From Mobula hypostoma (taxonomy: Eukaryota): a DNA stretch of 64,000 bases. Below the pieces are notes generated by a model that did not search any database, was not told the DNA's origin, and was given only the letters and a program-made list of their open reading frames with translations. The stretch is taken from assembly GCF_963921235.1 (NCBI RefSeq), contig NC_086108.1, positions 58,406,001 through 58,470,000 on the forward strand. The letters are read 5' to 3'. The position numbers and the translations under genes are program-made. Below are positions 36,601 through 50,831 of the stretch, in pieces (position 1 is the first letter of the stretch; each line of letters opens with the position of its first letter).

Positions 36601-39084
36601 CAGTAGGAGACTCTTAACAGTTTGCACTGCTCTTCCCACTTCTCCATTTGCCCGTGGGTACTGCGGACTGCTTGTCTGGTGTTTGAACTCATAGTCCCTA
36701 GCAAAGGCTTTAAATTCTGAGCAGCTGAATTATGGATCATTGTCTGACACAAGTGTCTCTGGTATTCCATGTCGAGTGAATACAGGTGCTGTATAACTGC
36801 TGCTGAGGATGCAGAGGACAGCTTGGACACTTCAACATTCTGTGAGTTGTAATCCACAGTGAGAAGATAATTGTCTCTTTTCAGCTTAAATGTCTGTGCC
36901 TGCAATTTGCCATGGAAAGTCTGGGAATTCTGTGGGAGAGGGAGGTCCAGCATGATTTTTGTGCAGTTTTCTGCATGCTTCACGTTGCTATACATAATCC
37001 ACTAGCTGTGTGCTCAGACCACCACACCAATTGCCTTATTCTTAGGCAACATTTTTCAATGTCTTGATGTCCTTGGTGGATTTGACTGATGATTTTGGCA
37101 TGCATGGAAGCAGGAATGATGAGTCTGGAGCCCTTTAGCAGATAAACCATCAGGAATGGTGAATGTGTCTCTTTCAAGCCAGTAAGGTCCGAGTCTATGA
37201 GCTCTTTTTGGAACAGATGGCCATCCATGCTTACAGTATTGCATGACCTTGCTGCAGATTTGGTCCTTTTTCAACTCAGTACAAATTTTGTCCTGTTTCC
37301 TCTGTGTTGCAGGAAAGCTTTCACGTACCTGAGCTAAGTAGATTGGTATCTTCCATGAGGGTAGAGTCAGCTTCCATCCGCTTACTGTTGCATGGCATCC
37401 TCGACAGTGTGTCTGGTGCTGTGAAACATTTGCCGGGGATATGTTCAATGTCATAACAGTATTGCATAAGACTCATTCTGAATCTTTGCAGACGTGCAGG
37501 CAAGTCATCCAAGTGTTTCAAACTGAGGAGGCTGAGCGGTGGCTTGTGGTCTGTTTGAAGTAGGAATTTAGTGCTGATCAAGTAACAGCTGAAGCATTCA
37601 CAAGCCCACACGAGAGCCAGTGCCTCCTCTTCAATTTGGGTATAACACTGTTCAGTAGGAGACCATGCTCTTAATGTATATACCACTGATTTCCATACAC
37701 TACTGCAGTATTGCATGAGCACTCGCCCTAGGCCAAAGGAAGAAGCACCTGCTGAGACCTTGGTTGCTTTGTTCAGATCAAAGAATGCCAATGTTAGTGG
37801 AGAGATGAGCTCTGCTTTAAGTGATGAGAATGACTTCCCCTGTGGTGTGTCCCAGGCCCAAACATTTCTCTGAGAGAGGAAGTCACGTTGTGGCTCTGCC
37901 AAATCTGGAATGAACTTTCCCTGCTGATTTACCATACCAAGGAAACTGCAGATCTCTGATCCATTTGTAGGTTGTTCCATGTTCCGAACTCCTGCCAGTT
38001 TGTCTGAATTTGGTTTTACTCCGTCTGGGGCAGGTGGTGGCTGAAGAACTTCACTTCCAATTTGCAAATTTACGTTTTCTTTTGTTCAGGGAGATTCCCA
38101 ACTGTTTCAGTTTCTCCAAGGCAGCTTCCACTCTTTTGTCATGTTCCTCACTTGAGCCTCTGAAGATGAGTATATCATGAGACTATCCTTTCAGTCCCTC
38201 CAAAATTTGGTTCATCCTCATCTAAAGAGTTAAGGGACTGATGAGGTGCCAAAAGGGAGTCTCCTGAAGGTGTAACATCCATATGGTGTGATAAAGGTTG
38301 TGAGCTTCTGTAACTCAGGAGTTAAACGGATCTGCCAGAACCCCGAGTTTGTATCTAGTTTGGTGAAGAACTTTGCTCCACCCAGCATACCTAATGTGTG
38401 CTCAAGAGAGAGTAGAATAAACTTCACCTCCCTTGCTGCATTATTCAATGTTTTTAGATCAACACAGATCTTCGCTGTGCCATCTGGCTTGGGAACAGGA
38501 GCAATGCCCACACACCAGTCGGTAGATCCATTCACTGTAGTTATGATGTCAAACACCTCCATTCTCTTAAGTTCAGCTTTGACTTTGTCATCAATGGGAG
38601 TGGTGTACGCGTTGCTGTGATCAGAGTGTAGGGCATCACTCCTGGCCTCAGTTGGATAAAGTACTCTTCTTTCAGTACCTGCAGGCCTGTGAACAATTCT
38701 GGATACTTCTGCCATTGATGATTGTTTAGCAAATCCATCCATGTAATGAGGTTCAGATTCTCGATGGCATGTGGTGAGAAGAGATTCTGAACAACATAGA
38801 CATCCTCGTTTAACTGTTTCTTATTTTGATGGATGGGAGTAATAAACATTCCTTTCACACTCAGCTTATGTTTCCCTGCCCCCATGAGCGCTTTCTTTGT
38901 TGGGTTTAGTATAATGTCTGTTTTCTTTGCCAGTTTTGTGAACAAACATTCAGGGATGGCTGTGACATCTGTCCTAGTAACTTTGAGCATCACTGCCTCA
39001 TTTTGCATCTAAACCATAATACACCAGCCTTGTCTATTTGAATCTAGAGTCCCAAGTAAAGCTCTCTCTTCATCACAATTTGCA

Positions 39085-40605
39085 TATCACCACAATAGGT
39101 CAACGGCAGACGTGATCTCAATGGCTCTTCACACAGCCTTAGGCCACCTGGATAATACAAACACCTATGTCAGGATGCTGTTCATCAACTATAGCTCAGC
39201 ATTTAACACCATCATTCTCACAATTCTGATTGATAAGTTACAAAACCTGGGCCTCTGAAGCTCCCTCTGCAATTGGATCCTCGACTTCTCAACCGTAAGA
39301 CCACAATCTGTGCAGATTGGTGATATTATCTCCTCCTCACTGACGATCAACACTGATGCACCTCAGGGGTGTGTGCTTAGCCCACAGCTCTACTCTCCTT
39401 ATACAAATGATTGTTTGGCTAGGCATAGCTCAATTACCATTATTAATTTGCTGATGATATAACCATTATTGGTAGAATCTCAGAGGGAGATGAGAGGGCA
39501 TACAGGAGCGAGATATACCAACTAGTGGAGTGGTGTCACAGCAACAACCTGGCATTCAATGTCAGTAAAATGAACGAGCAGATTGTGGACTTCAGGAAGG
39601 GTAAGACAAAGGAACACATTCCAATCCTCACAGAAGGATTGGAAGTGGAGAGAGTGAGCAGTTTCAAGTTCCTGGGTGTAAAGATCTTTGAGGACCTAAC
39701 CTGGTCCCAACATATCGATGCAGCTATAAAGAAGGCAGGACAGTGACTATACCTCATTAGGAGTTTGAAGAGATTTGGTATGTCAACAAAAACACTCAAA
39801 AACTTCTATAGATGTACTGTGGAGAGCATTCTGACAGGCTGCATCACTGTCTGGTATGGGAGGGGGTTGCTACTGCACAGGACCGAAAGAAGCTGCAGAG
39901 GGTCGTAAATTTAGTCAGCGCCATCTTGGGTACTAGCCTACAAAGTACCCAGGACATCTTCAAGGAGCGGTGTCTCAGAAAGGCAACATCCATTATTAAG
40001 GACCCCAGCTCCCAGGGCATGCCCTTTTCTCATTGTTACCATGAGGAAGGATTTACCATGAAGGCATACATTCAGCGATTCAGGAACAGCTTCTTCCCCC
40101 CACCATCCGATTCCTAAATGGACATTGAACCTATGAACACTACATCACTTTTTAGTATATATATTATTTCTGTTTTTGCACAATTTTTAATCTATTCAAT
40201 ATACATACTGTATGCTGTAATTGATTTACTTATTTTTATTTATTTGTTTTCTTCTATATTATGTAATTAGATTAGATTAGATTAGATTCAACTTTATTGT
40301 CATTGTGCCGAGTACAGATACAAAGCCAATGAAATGCAGTTAGCATCTAACCAGAAATGCAAAGAATAGTGCTATTTACAAAATAACTGGGAATTAAAAG
40401 TAAGTGCTATGGCACGCAAATATAAAAGTACTGAGACAGTACAATATGGGTGCAATACTGCTTAGCGCTGTGATGTGAGGTTCAACAGGGTCACAGCCTC
40501 AGGGAAGAAGCTCTTCCTGTGCTTGCCTGTAATGCATTGAACTGCTGCTGCTATGTTAACAAATTTCACGACACATGCCAGTGATAATAAACCTGATTCT
40601 GATTC
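39085..40605 (+). mobile_element. Rex1/Babar LINE inserted between Gypsy gag and protease
   Basis: [30 protein letters not shown] motif and AATAAACCTGATTCTGATTC tail; itself interrupted at 40268-40527. Confidence 0.85.
40268..40527 (-). mobile_element. Short LINE 3' end with (TCTAA)n tail
   Basis: 6-bp TSD tgtaat (40262-40267 and 40528-40533); (ATTAG)n at the left end. Confidence 0.65.
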
Positions 40606-41810
40606 GTCTAAAACATGGTCTTCTTTGATCTCCTGAGAGTTGTTGTGAGTGACACTGATTTTTATAATGGCTAACTCTATTGCATTGGTCGCATTTCACT
40701 TTGTTTGTTGGACAGAGCTCTTTGACGTGGAATGGAAACTTGCCACATCTCCTGCAGTTGGACATTTTACCTTCTCTGTTTTGCTTATCTGTTTAATTTG
40801 GACTAAGCTCTGCTGTCACCTCTTTCTGTAGTCTTTCTGACTGCACCTTGTTTATACCCTCCTTTTTGTACAGCTTCTAGCTTTACCTCAGCATTATTTT
40901 TGTGCTTGAGTTCTGCCTGTTGCTGATGAACGTCCTCACTCTGTCTGACTATACTAATAGCTTTCTCTTTTGTGAGATTTGCCTGCAACTGAAGACTCAC
41001 TGACAATTTGGTGTCTAGTAACCTGGCAACAATCCTATTTCGAATGAGCTCATCTCTCAGATTTCCATAAACACAGTGATCTGACAAGGCATACAATGCT
41101 GTGATGAAGTCATTTACACTTTTTTCTGGCTCCAGTTTTCTGGAGCTGACCTTTTCATATTACATTTTACTTTCCTGTGAAATATTCTTTGAATGTGTCC
41201 TGCACTGTTTTGTACTTCTTTTTCTGAGCATGTCAGTCCCAATTCACTCATGATTTCATCTGCTTTGTCTCCCATGCAATATATCAGTGTGCTTACTTGA
41301 TGTTCTTCTGAAGCTTGTGTGAGATTGCTTTTAACCCTAAATCTCTCAAAGCATCCGAGCCATCTCTCAAAGTCCCCTGGTTTACAGAAATCAAATGTTT
41401 CTTGTTTTTTTTCCCCAGTAAATAGATGTAGGTACCGCAAGTATTTGCTCCATTTTCCTGTTTGTTTATTTATTAATTAATTTATTTGGACTACAAAAGT
41501 CTTAATTTCTCTCCCTGAGGGCTTGACTGAGTTCTCTGCTGTGACTGTGTTTCTGTGCACTCCCCCAGGCCAGTGTCCCACAGATTATTACATGTATCCA
41601 CTTTTGGGTGTAGATGGAAGGCATTGTCTCGCAACCCTGGCCCTTTCTCTACTCATAAATACAGTTAGCAAACTAGCATAGGCCGCTTAGATTGTTAAGT
41701 CGTTGGATATTTTTTATAGATATAAGTGAACAAGAACAGACTTACTATAAATTATTTCTTGTTGGTGATCTCATTTGGTCTGCAGCACCAAGTGATCGAC
41801 GATCAACCAT

Positions 41811-41821
41811 TTCTGACACCA
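41811..41821 (-). promoter_or_regulatory. Primer-binding site of the Gypsy element (tRNA-Leu-like)
   Basis: TGGTGTCAGAA directly after the 5' LTR, complementary to a tRNA 3' end ...TTCTGACACCA (tRNA-Leu(CAA), from memory). Confidence 0.7.
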
Positions 41822-42322
41822 TGTTGTATTTGTTATTGAAGGAGAGTGCAGAGCACACCAGGACTCCAGCATGTAGGAAACTCAACTGAACTTTACTGAT
41901 AACCTTGCTTGTTCAGTATGTGAGTGTGTGGTTAACTGAGTGGCACAGGAATAACACTATTAACTATCACTACAATTGTAGTTTCCTTTGTTTTACTGCT
42001 TGCATAAGAAAATAAACAGAGCTAGAGCTATAAACAAAACATCCCTTCTTGAAAGCAGTAACTCTCAGGTAAACAGTATTTTATGGTACCATGATGTATT
42101 GACGTCACATCATGTGATATACTCAGTTCTTAAATAGTTAAAAGCTTAAATAATTGTACGTTATTACCAGCAAGAAGATCCCTATCATCCCATGGTAGCA
42201 TAGTGGATAGCACGATGCTATTACAGCTTGGGGTGTCGAAGTTCAGAATTGAATTCCGAACTCTCTCCATTCTCCACACTCCATTCTTCAAAAAGGGAGA
42301 GAGGCAGAAGAAAGGAAACTAT

Positions 42323-44542
42323 AGAACATAGAGCATAGAATAGTACTGCACAGTACAGGCCCATCGGCCCACAATGTTGTGCCGAGCCTCAAACCCTGCC
42401 TCCCATATAAGCCCCCACCTTAAATTCCTCCATATACCTGTCTAGTAGTCTCTTAAACTTTGCTAGTGTATCTGCCTCCACCACTGACTCAGGCAGTGCA
42501 TTCCACGCACCACCCACTCTCTGAGTAAAAAACCTTCCTCTAATATCCCCCTTGAACTTCCCACCCCTTACCTTAAAGCCATGTCCTCTTGTATTGAGCA
42601 GTGGTGCTCTGGGGAAGAGGCGCTGGCTATCCACTCTATCTATTCCTCTTATTATCTTGTACACCTCTATCATGTCTCCTTTCATCCTCCTTCTCTCCAA
42701 AGAGTAAAGCCCTAGCTCCCTTAATCTCTAATCATAATGCATACTTTCTAAACCAGGCAGCATCCTGGTAAATCTCCTCTGTACCCTTTCCAATGCTTCC
42801 ACATACTTCCTATAGTGAGGTGACCAGAACTGGACACAGTACACCAAGTGTGCCCTAACCAGAGTTTTAGAGAGCTGCATCATTACATCGCGACTCTTAA
42901 ACTCTATCCCTCGACTTATGAAAGCTAACACCCCATAAGCTTTCTTAACTACCCTATCCACCTGTGAGGCAACTTTCAGGGATCTGTGGACATGTAACCC
43001 AGATCCCTCTGCTCCTCCACACTACCAAGTATCCTGCCATTTACTTTGTACTCTGCCTTGGAATTTGTCCTTCCAAAGTGTACCACCTCACACTTCTCCG
43101 GGTTGAACTCCATCTGCCACTTCTCAGCCCACTTCTATCAATGTCTCTCTGCAATCTTTGACAATCCTCTACACTATCTACAACACCACCAACCTTTGTG
43201 TCGTCTGCAAACTTGCCAACCCACCCTTCTACCCCTACATCCAGGTCGTTAATAAAAATCGCGAAAAGTAGAGGTCCCAGAACAGATCCTTGTGGGACAC
43301 CACTAGTCACAATCCTCCAATCTGAATGTACTCCCTCCACCACCACCCTCTGCCTTCTGCAGGCAAGCCAATTCTGAATCCACCTGGCCAAACTTCCCTG
43401 GATCCCATGCCTTCTAACTTTCTGAATAAGCCTACCATGTGGAACCTTGTCAAATGCCTTACTAAAATCCATATAGATCACATCCACTGCACTACCCTCA
43501 TCTATATGCCTGGTCACCTCCACAAAGAACTCTATCAGGCTTGTTAGACACGATCTGCCCTTCACAAAGCCATGCTGACTGTCCCTGATCAGACCATGAT
43601 TCTCTAAGTGCTCATAAATCCCATCTCTAAGAATCTTTTCCAACAGCTTTCCCACCACAGACGTAAGGCTCACTGGTCTATAATTACCCGGACTATCCCT
43701 ACTACCTTTTTTGAACAAGGGGACAACATTCGCCTCCCTCCAATCCCCCGGTACCATTCCCGTGGACAACGAGGGGACATAAAGATCCTAGCCAGAGGCT
43801 CAGCAATCTCTTCTCTCGCCTCGTGGAGCAGCCTGGGGAATATTCCATCAGGCCCCGGGGACTTACCTGTCCTAATGTATTTTAACAACTCCAACACATC
43901 CTCTCCCTTAATATCAACATGCACCAGAACATCAATCTCACTCATATTGTCCTCACCATCATCAGGTTCCCTCTCATTGGTGAATACCGAAGAGAAGTAT
44001 TCATTGAGGACCTCACTCACTTCCACAGCCTCCAGGCACATCTTCCCACCTTTATCTCTAATCGGTCCGACCCTCACTCCTGTCATCCTTTTCTTCTTCA
44101 CATAATTGAAGAATGCCTTGGGGTTTTCCTTTACCCTACTCACCAAGGCCTTCTCATGCCCCCTTCTTGCTCTTCTCAGCCCCTTCTTAAGCTCCCCTCC
44201 CTTCTTGCTTCCCTATATTCCTCAATAGTGCCATCTGATCCTTGCTTCCTAAACCTCATGTATGCTGCCTTCTTCCACCTGACTAGATTTTCCACCTCAC
44301 TTGTCAACCATGGTTCCTTCACCCTACCATTCTTTATCTTCCTCACTGGGACAAATTTATCCCTAACATCCTGCAAGAGATCTCTAAATATCGACCACAT
44401 GTCCATAGTATATTTCCCCTCAAAAACATCATCCCAATTCACACCCGCAAGTACTAGCCTTATAGCCTCATAATTTGCCTTTTCCCAATTAAAAATTTTC
44501 CTGTCCTCTCTGATTCTATCCTTTTCCATGATAATGCTAAAG
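42323..44542 (-). mobile_element. CR1 LINE (RT), nested inside a plus-strand CR1
   Basis: 242-aa RT ORF with [23 protein letters not shown] and FADDTK. Confidence 0.92.
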
Positions 44543-45872
44543 GGCCAGTTAGTTTAAACTCTGGTTGAGAAGATGTTGGAGTTGATTATTAAGGATGAGG
44601 TCTCAGGGTACTTGGAGGCAGATGATAAAATAGGCAGTAGTCAGCTTGGTTTCCTCAAGGGAAAAACCTGTGTGATAAATCTGTAAGAATTATTTGAAGA
44701 AATAACAAGCAGGATAGACAAGGAGAATTGATTGATGCTGTGTACTTGGATTTTCAGAAGGGTTTTGACAAGGTGCCACATGTGAGGCTGCTTAACAAGC
44801 TAGGAGCCCATGGTATTACAAGAAAGATTCTAGAATGGATAAAGCATTGGCTGATTGGCAGAAGGCAAAGAGTAGGAATAAAGAGAGTCTTTTCTGGTTG
44901 GTTGCCAGTGACTAGAGGTGTTCCACAGGGATCTGTGTCATAACCGATTCTTTTTACGTATATGTCAGTGATTGATGGCTTTGTTGCAAACTTGGCAGAC
45001 ATCATGAAGATAGGTGGAGGGGCAGGTAGAGAGGCTATAGAAGAACATAGATTAGGAGAATGGGTAAAGAAATAGAAGATGGAATACAGTCTTGTGATGT
45101 GTATAATCATGCACTTTGGTAGGAGAAATAAAAGGGTTAACTTTTCCAAATGGAGAGAAAATACAAAAAAAAAACTGAGGCACAAACGGACTTGGGAGTC
45201 CTTGTGCAAAATTCTATAAAGGTTATCTTGCAGGTTGAGTCTGTGGTGAGCAAGGCAAATGAGATATTAGCATTCCTTTCAAGAGGATTAGAGTATAAAA
45301 GCAAGGATATAATGTCGAGACTTTATAAAGCACTGGTGAGGCCTCACTTCGAGTATTATGAGCAGTTTTGGGCCCCTTATCTTAGAAACGTTGTGCTGAA
45401 ACTTGAGAGGGTTCAAAGGAGGTTCACAACAATGATTGCAGGATTGAATGGCTTGTCATATGAAGAGCATTTGATGGCTCTGGGCCTGTATTCACTAGAA
45501 TTCAGAAGAATGAGGGGTGACCTAATTGAAACCCTGTATGGTGAAAGGCCTTGATAGAGTGGATGTGGAGAGGATATTTTTTATGGTGGGAGCATCTAAG
45601 ACCAGAGGACACAACCTCAGAATAGAGCAGTATCGTTTTAGAACGGAGCTGAGGAGGATCTTCTTTAGCCAGACAGTGATGAATCTATGGAATTCTTTGC
45701 CACATGCAGCTGTGGAGGCCAAGTCTATGTATATTTAAGGCAGAGGTTGATAGATTCTTGATTGGTCAGAAATGAAGGGATACGTAAAGAAGGCAGGAGA
45801 TTGGGGCTGAGAGGAAAATTGGATCAGCCATGATGAAATGGCTCAATTCTGCTCCTATATCTTATGGTCTTA
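44543..45872 (+). mobile_element. CR1 LINE (continuation of the stub at ~42270-42322)
   Basis: [20 protein letters not shown] continuity across the nested element; YLDFQKGFDKVPH; TCTTATGG tail. Confidence 0.88.
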
Positions 45873-46089
45873 AGGTCCTCTGTAAGAATGTTTCAACATT
45901 TGTACATTCTTCCTTTGAGTGTGTTTCCACTGTCCAAAGAAATACTGGTTAGTAGATTAATTGGTCATTGTATATTGTCCTGTGATTAGACTAGGTTTAA
46001 ACAGGTGGGTTGCTGGGTGGTGCAGTTTGTTGGGCCATGCTGTATCTTCAAATAAGACAAATAAATAAACATATAAATCCTTAACCAAA

Positions 46090-47070
46090 CAGGTAACACA
46101 CCTTAATGAATAACCATCAAGTGGCTCTAGTATCTACTATCATGAAATGCTTTGAGAATTTGGTCATGGCAAACATCAACTTCAGCTTTCCAGACAACCT
46201 CAACCCACTGAAATTTGCCTATACTGGTCTATAGTGGATGCCATACCCTGGCCATACAGTCATCACTGGAGCATCTGGATAGTAAAGACACCTATGTCAG
46301 AGTATTGTTTATTGATTCCAGTTCTGCCTTTAATGCCATTATTCCAAGCAATCTCTTCACTGAACTCTGGAACATGGGAAATAATCCCTCCCTCTGCAAC
46401 TGAAACCTTAACTTTCTGATTACTAGATTGCATTCAGTAAGGATAGGCAGCATCAACTCCGTCACTATTATTCTAAACACTGGTGCTCCACAAGGTTATG
46501 TCTACAGCCTACTACTCTGTATGCTCATAATGTCATGGCCAGTTTCTGCTCTTACTGCATCCACAGGTTTGCATCTGAGGTCACTGTAATGGGCCACATC
46601 TCAGATAATGATGAATCAGTATACAGGAATGAGATAGAGAGTTTTGTGACATGGTGACATAACAACATTTTCCTCAATGTCAACAAGACAAAACAGTTGG
46701 TCACTGACTTCAGAAAGCGGAGGGAGGGGGTCGGTTTTCCCATCTACATCACTGGTGTTTAGGTAGATAGGGTTAAGAGCTTCAAGTTCGTATGTATGAA
46801 CATCACAAATAGTCTGTCCTGGTCAAACTGCAGTGATGTCACAGCAAAGAAGCTCACCAATGCCACTGCTTCCTCTGGAGGCTAAAGAAATTCGGCATGC
46901 CCTTACTGACACTTACCAATTTTAATTGATGCACCACAGAAATCATTCTCTCTGGATACATAACAGCTTGGTCTAGCAACTAAGAAACTGCAAAGAATTG
47001 TGGACACAGCTCAGCATATAACAGGAACGAGCCTCCCCTCTATGTACTCTGTCTATACTTCCCTCTGACT
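46090..47070 (+). mobile_element. Rex1/Babar LINE fragment
   Basis: [28 protein letters not shown]. Confidence 0.8.
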
Positions 47071-49079
47071 TAGTAAACCAGTGAGTGATGAATGGGTGTT
47101 GGTCAGAAGAGAGTGACAACAAGGAAGTAAAATATTAGTCTATATTAGGGTGTTTTCAGGAGGAGGAAATTGGAGGATAGAAAATAAGTAATGACACACC
47201 TTAGTGTATTCAAGTCTGCTAGGGCACCATTAAAAGGTGCTTTATCTATTCCGATCATGACAAATGATACTCACTTCCTTGAACACCATGGTTTAATTCC
47301 CCAGGCAAAGTTCCAAAAGTTGTACAGATATTGTTCATGCCAGCATGTTGCTAGTTAAATTTATGAGGTGAAACAAACAACCCAGTAAAAGTCATTATTG
47401 TATTGTAGTTCATAAATAATCAATTTTCAATCATATAGTACTGAAGTTCTAAATTTATCAATATTTCTATATTTGCAGATGACATAAACGGCAAAGAGAA
47501 TAGCATTTGCCATAAAGGAATTAAAAGATGGAAGAAAATATTTAACTGGATGACACAATGAGAGTGGAAATAGACAACCCAAATATCTTTGACCTTGCCA
47601 TGTGGTGAAGGAAATGTAAGCTGCTATTTTGTGAGACAGTGCCGCAACCTCTATTTTGTAAACTGTCTTGTGAATTGGTTTTGCTGAGGAATAACTGGAT
47701 CAAAGCAATTAAAAGTCAACCCAATCATCCCCCTAACTGATAATCTGCAGAATGAGAGAAATAAGAATTTGTTTGTAAGATGTTCTTTTGTAAGATAGAA
47801 TACACAGAATTATGAAAAGGACATTCTGTGTTTCTGACTTGAAGTAAGAAATTTGAAGTAAGAAGCTGATCTAGCTATACAAGACCAAACTAATCTGATT
47901 CCAAGATGACAAAAGACACAGGGGACAGACAAGTTGTTACTTGGGAGAAGGTCAATAAAATGACTAGAGCCAATGGAAAGCTGACACGTTTATCAGATAG
48001 CACAGAGCCAATAAAATTGAAGCACAACAGTTTAACCTGATAAAGAATGAGGGGCTTTGGACACAAAGCAGCACCAACTGAGAAAACTAATTCTTGCAAA
48101 GAAGACTCCCATGCCAGGGGCAGGAAGTAGAAGGATCAATTGTTTGGCCAATGGGAGATTCATTATTTCAGTGTCATAAATTGAAATGGTGGTCTGAGTG
48201 AGTATCGGTACTAAGGGAACAGTAGCATTCATGACAAATTACTTACATTGATATTTGTGTGGAGACAATAAAAGCTTTGAATTAATTACGATTTATGCAG
48301 TGAATTACTTAATTTAGATTAATTTGGTCAACAGATGGCGAGAAATTGCAGTAGGAGAATTGCAGCAGAGGTTCATAGAATGGATTGAAATGTGGCAAAT
48401 TACTTGTTATTGTGGAGAAATGTGAGGCTGTGCATTTTGGTTGGAAGAATGAAGAGCAACGACATTGAAAATAATATACTGTTCTAAAAAGGCTTCAGGA
48501 GTGAAGTGACCTGGGAGTGTGGATGTGCAGGTCATTAAAAGTGGCAAGACAGATTAAAAAACTAGTTAATGAGATAGGTTTTTATCAATAAAGACAGTGC
48601 AAATTCTAGAAAATCATACTGAAACATTGTTTTGGAATATTATGTTCAAATCTGGTTCTGTCATTATAGGGAGGATGTGAAGACATTAGAAGGAAATTAG
48701 AAAACATTACAGGCTTGGTTCCTAACATAAGGAACTACAATAACAGGAACCAATGAAAGAAACCGTAGCTAGATAAAAGATCTCCTTGTTCTTAAATGCC
48801 AACCCCTTTGCAATGAAGCTCCAAAAGTCATTTGCCTGCTTAACTACTTACTGGACCAGCCTGCTAACTTTTGTGAATCATACATTGGAACACTTAACCA
48901 CTCTGTAACCAAGTAATTTTACTAGGACATTTTAGGTGAAACCAATGGAACAGCTCTGTTCTTCCTCAATTCTAGTGCCATTTCTCCCAAACCATACATT
49001 GTATTTACCTCTTTAATCCAATTTAGCCTTTAGCAATTTGCATGTGACTCCGGTGATAATCCAGAGACATCACCCTTAA

Positions 49080-49970
49080 GACCATAAAACATAGGAGCAG
49101 AATTAGGCCATTCAGCCCAATGATTCTACTCCATCATTATATCATGGCTGACTTATTAATTCCCTCGACCCCATTCTTCTGCCTTCTCCCTGTAACATTT
49201 GACATCCTCACTAATCAAGAACCTATTAAGCTCCACTTTAAATTTACCCCATGACATGGATTCCTTAGCCATTTGTGGCAATGAGTTCCACAGATTCACC
49301 ACTGTCTGGGTTGAGGTTCTGCTTTTCAATGTTTCAATATCCCAGAGCAGAACCTCATTCCTAGCCTTAACCATGCTGTTGATGTCCACATGGACCATAA
49401 CAACTGAATCCTCCCTCTCCTACTCTGTCTTTCTTCAGTCCTAAACGTATGTCCTTTTCCATAGCACCAGGCAGGCAAGACAATCTATGGACTCTGTCAT
49501 CACTGCAAATAATAACATTTGTTCCCCTAACTATACCATCACATAAGAAACTACACTTCCCATTTCCCCTGCCCCACCCCACTTGAATGGCAGTTGGCAT
49601 GATGACACTAGGGACAGTTTGCACATCCTCCCGGCATTCCTCACCTTCATCCACTCAGGGAGCAAAGTCTACATGTCTGATGGAAAAGGGAAAGGGGCAA
49701 GGCTCCTCTGAAACCATCCTCCAGCTCCTCTGTTCTGCAGTCACATCATTATGTCTGTGAACATTTGTCAGTTTAAAGAAAGCAAATCTAAGGGATGTGA
49801 TTGCAATACTGCACCCAGATAATATTTCCTCTCCCACCCCCAACAGACCCAGTGTAAGGAGTTGAACTTCAGCTCATTAACCAACATTTGCTACAGATAT
49901 GGTCACTACTTCACATATTGGGGTCCACTTGTTCCCACATAATACAATATCAACACATAACCTGCTTAGT
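49080..49970 (-). mobile_element. Internally deleted CR1: ORF1 esterase-like fragment joined to the 3' end
   Basis: GIVRGTN..ICSDDRVHRLSCLPGA and VVMVHVDINSM (SGNH-like CR1 ORF1) fused to QTVVNLWNSLP and a CR1 tail. Confidence 0.6.
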
Positions 49971-50423
49971 CATCTGTTCTAATCAGTTTCTTTTCATTTT
50001 TTTCAAGTTCCTAGGTTATGAAAGAAAATGCCCAAGTTCCGTTGTCAAAAGCAGAAACTTGCTGACTATTATGGTCTCCAACAAAACCTGATCTCTTTGC
50101 TTCAATATTGCAGATTTCAACAATAAATAGACAGCAAAATTTGGAACATTCAGTGACAAACCATTTATTGTAGTATTTCCAATCTCAAGTTAATGTCTAA
50201 AAAAGGGGAAAAAACATATTATCAAATCATACCATTCAAGCTGAAGCATAATCCATGATTCACAATTGTCCATGAGCAAAGTACACTAGCTAATATAAGT
50301 ATTATATAATTAATGGAGGGAATGCCAGGCTTTAAACAATGATGAAAGTATGGTTTAGTGATATGGCATACGAATTGTCATATGAGTTCATGCATCTCAT
50401 GCATCTATAGGCCATGTACAGTA

Positions 50424-50831
50424 TAGTACTGTGCAAAAGTCTTAGACACCCTAGATTTTTTATACAGCTTCAGATGGTATGGCCTCCACAGTGCCCAGAT
50501 ATCAACATCATTGAGGCATCTAGGATTACCTGGAGAGGAAACAAGTGAGACAGCCAAAGTGAGCAGAACTGTGGCAAGTTCTCCAAGATGGTTGGAACAA
50601 CCTACCAGCCAATTTTCTTCTAAAAGTGCACAACATTGAACCTAAGACAATTGATGTGCTTTAAATGGCAAAGAGTGGTCACACCAAATATTGATTTGAT
50701 TTAGTTTTTTACTCTTTATTGTTCTTTATAGTAATTTTTTGATATTTTGAGATTTTTCATTTTATTATTTTTGAAAGCACCTTCGCTTTACAATTTTTTT
50801 TACGCGTGTCCAAAACTTTTGCACAGTACTG
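50424..50831 (+). mobile_element. Tc1 deletion derivative
   Basis: TA-flanked TIRs (C/T)AGTACTGTGCAAAAGT; internal MVWPPQCPDINIIE matches the Tc1 WPxQSPDLNPIE motif. Confidence 0.85.

Larger units (their letters stand above)
35623..41974 (-). mobile_element. Gypsy/Ty3 LTR retrotransposon, full-length but decayed
   Basis: TG..CA LTRs at 41822-41974 and 35623-35788; PBS TGGTGTCAGAA; purine tract next to the 3' LTR. Gag with zinc knuckles (CRRCGKFPFH..C, CDQCNRVSHYKNQC), RT (ICVDLKTLN, KLDTNSGFWQI, TTFITPYG), RNase H (YTQIEEEALA, TDHKP) and integrase (HQGHQDIEKC) in Gypsy order, with many frameshifts. Confidence 0.92.
42190..46050 (+). mobile_element. tRNA-derived SINE split by nested CR1 insertions (head ~42190-42265, body/tail ~45878-46050)
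   Basis: Head GGTAGCATAGTGGATAGCACG...; body TTAATTGGTCATTGTA..GTCCTGTGATTAG and AAATAAATAAA tail resume after the CR1. Confidence 0.6.

Noticed and set aside
42190..42265. tRNA gene (also near 7080)
   Set aside because: Only degenerate A/B boxes with no cloverleaf, and followed by SINE body sequence.
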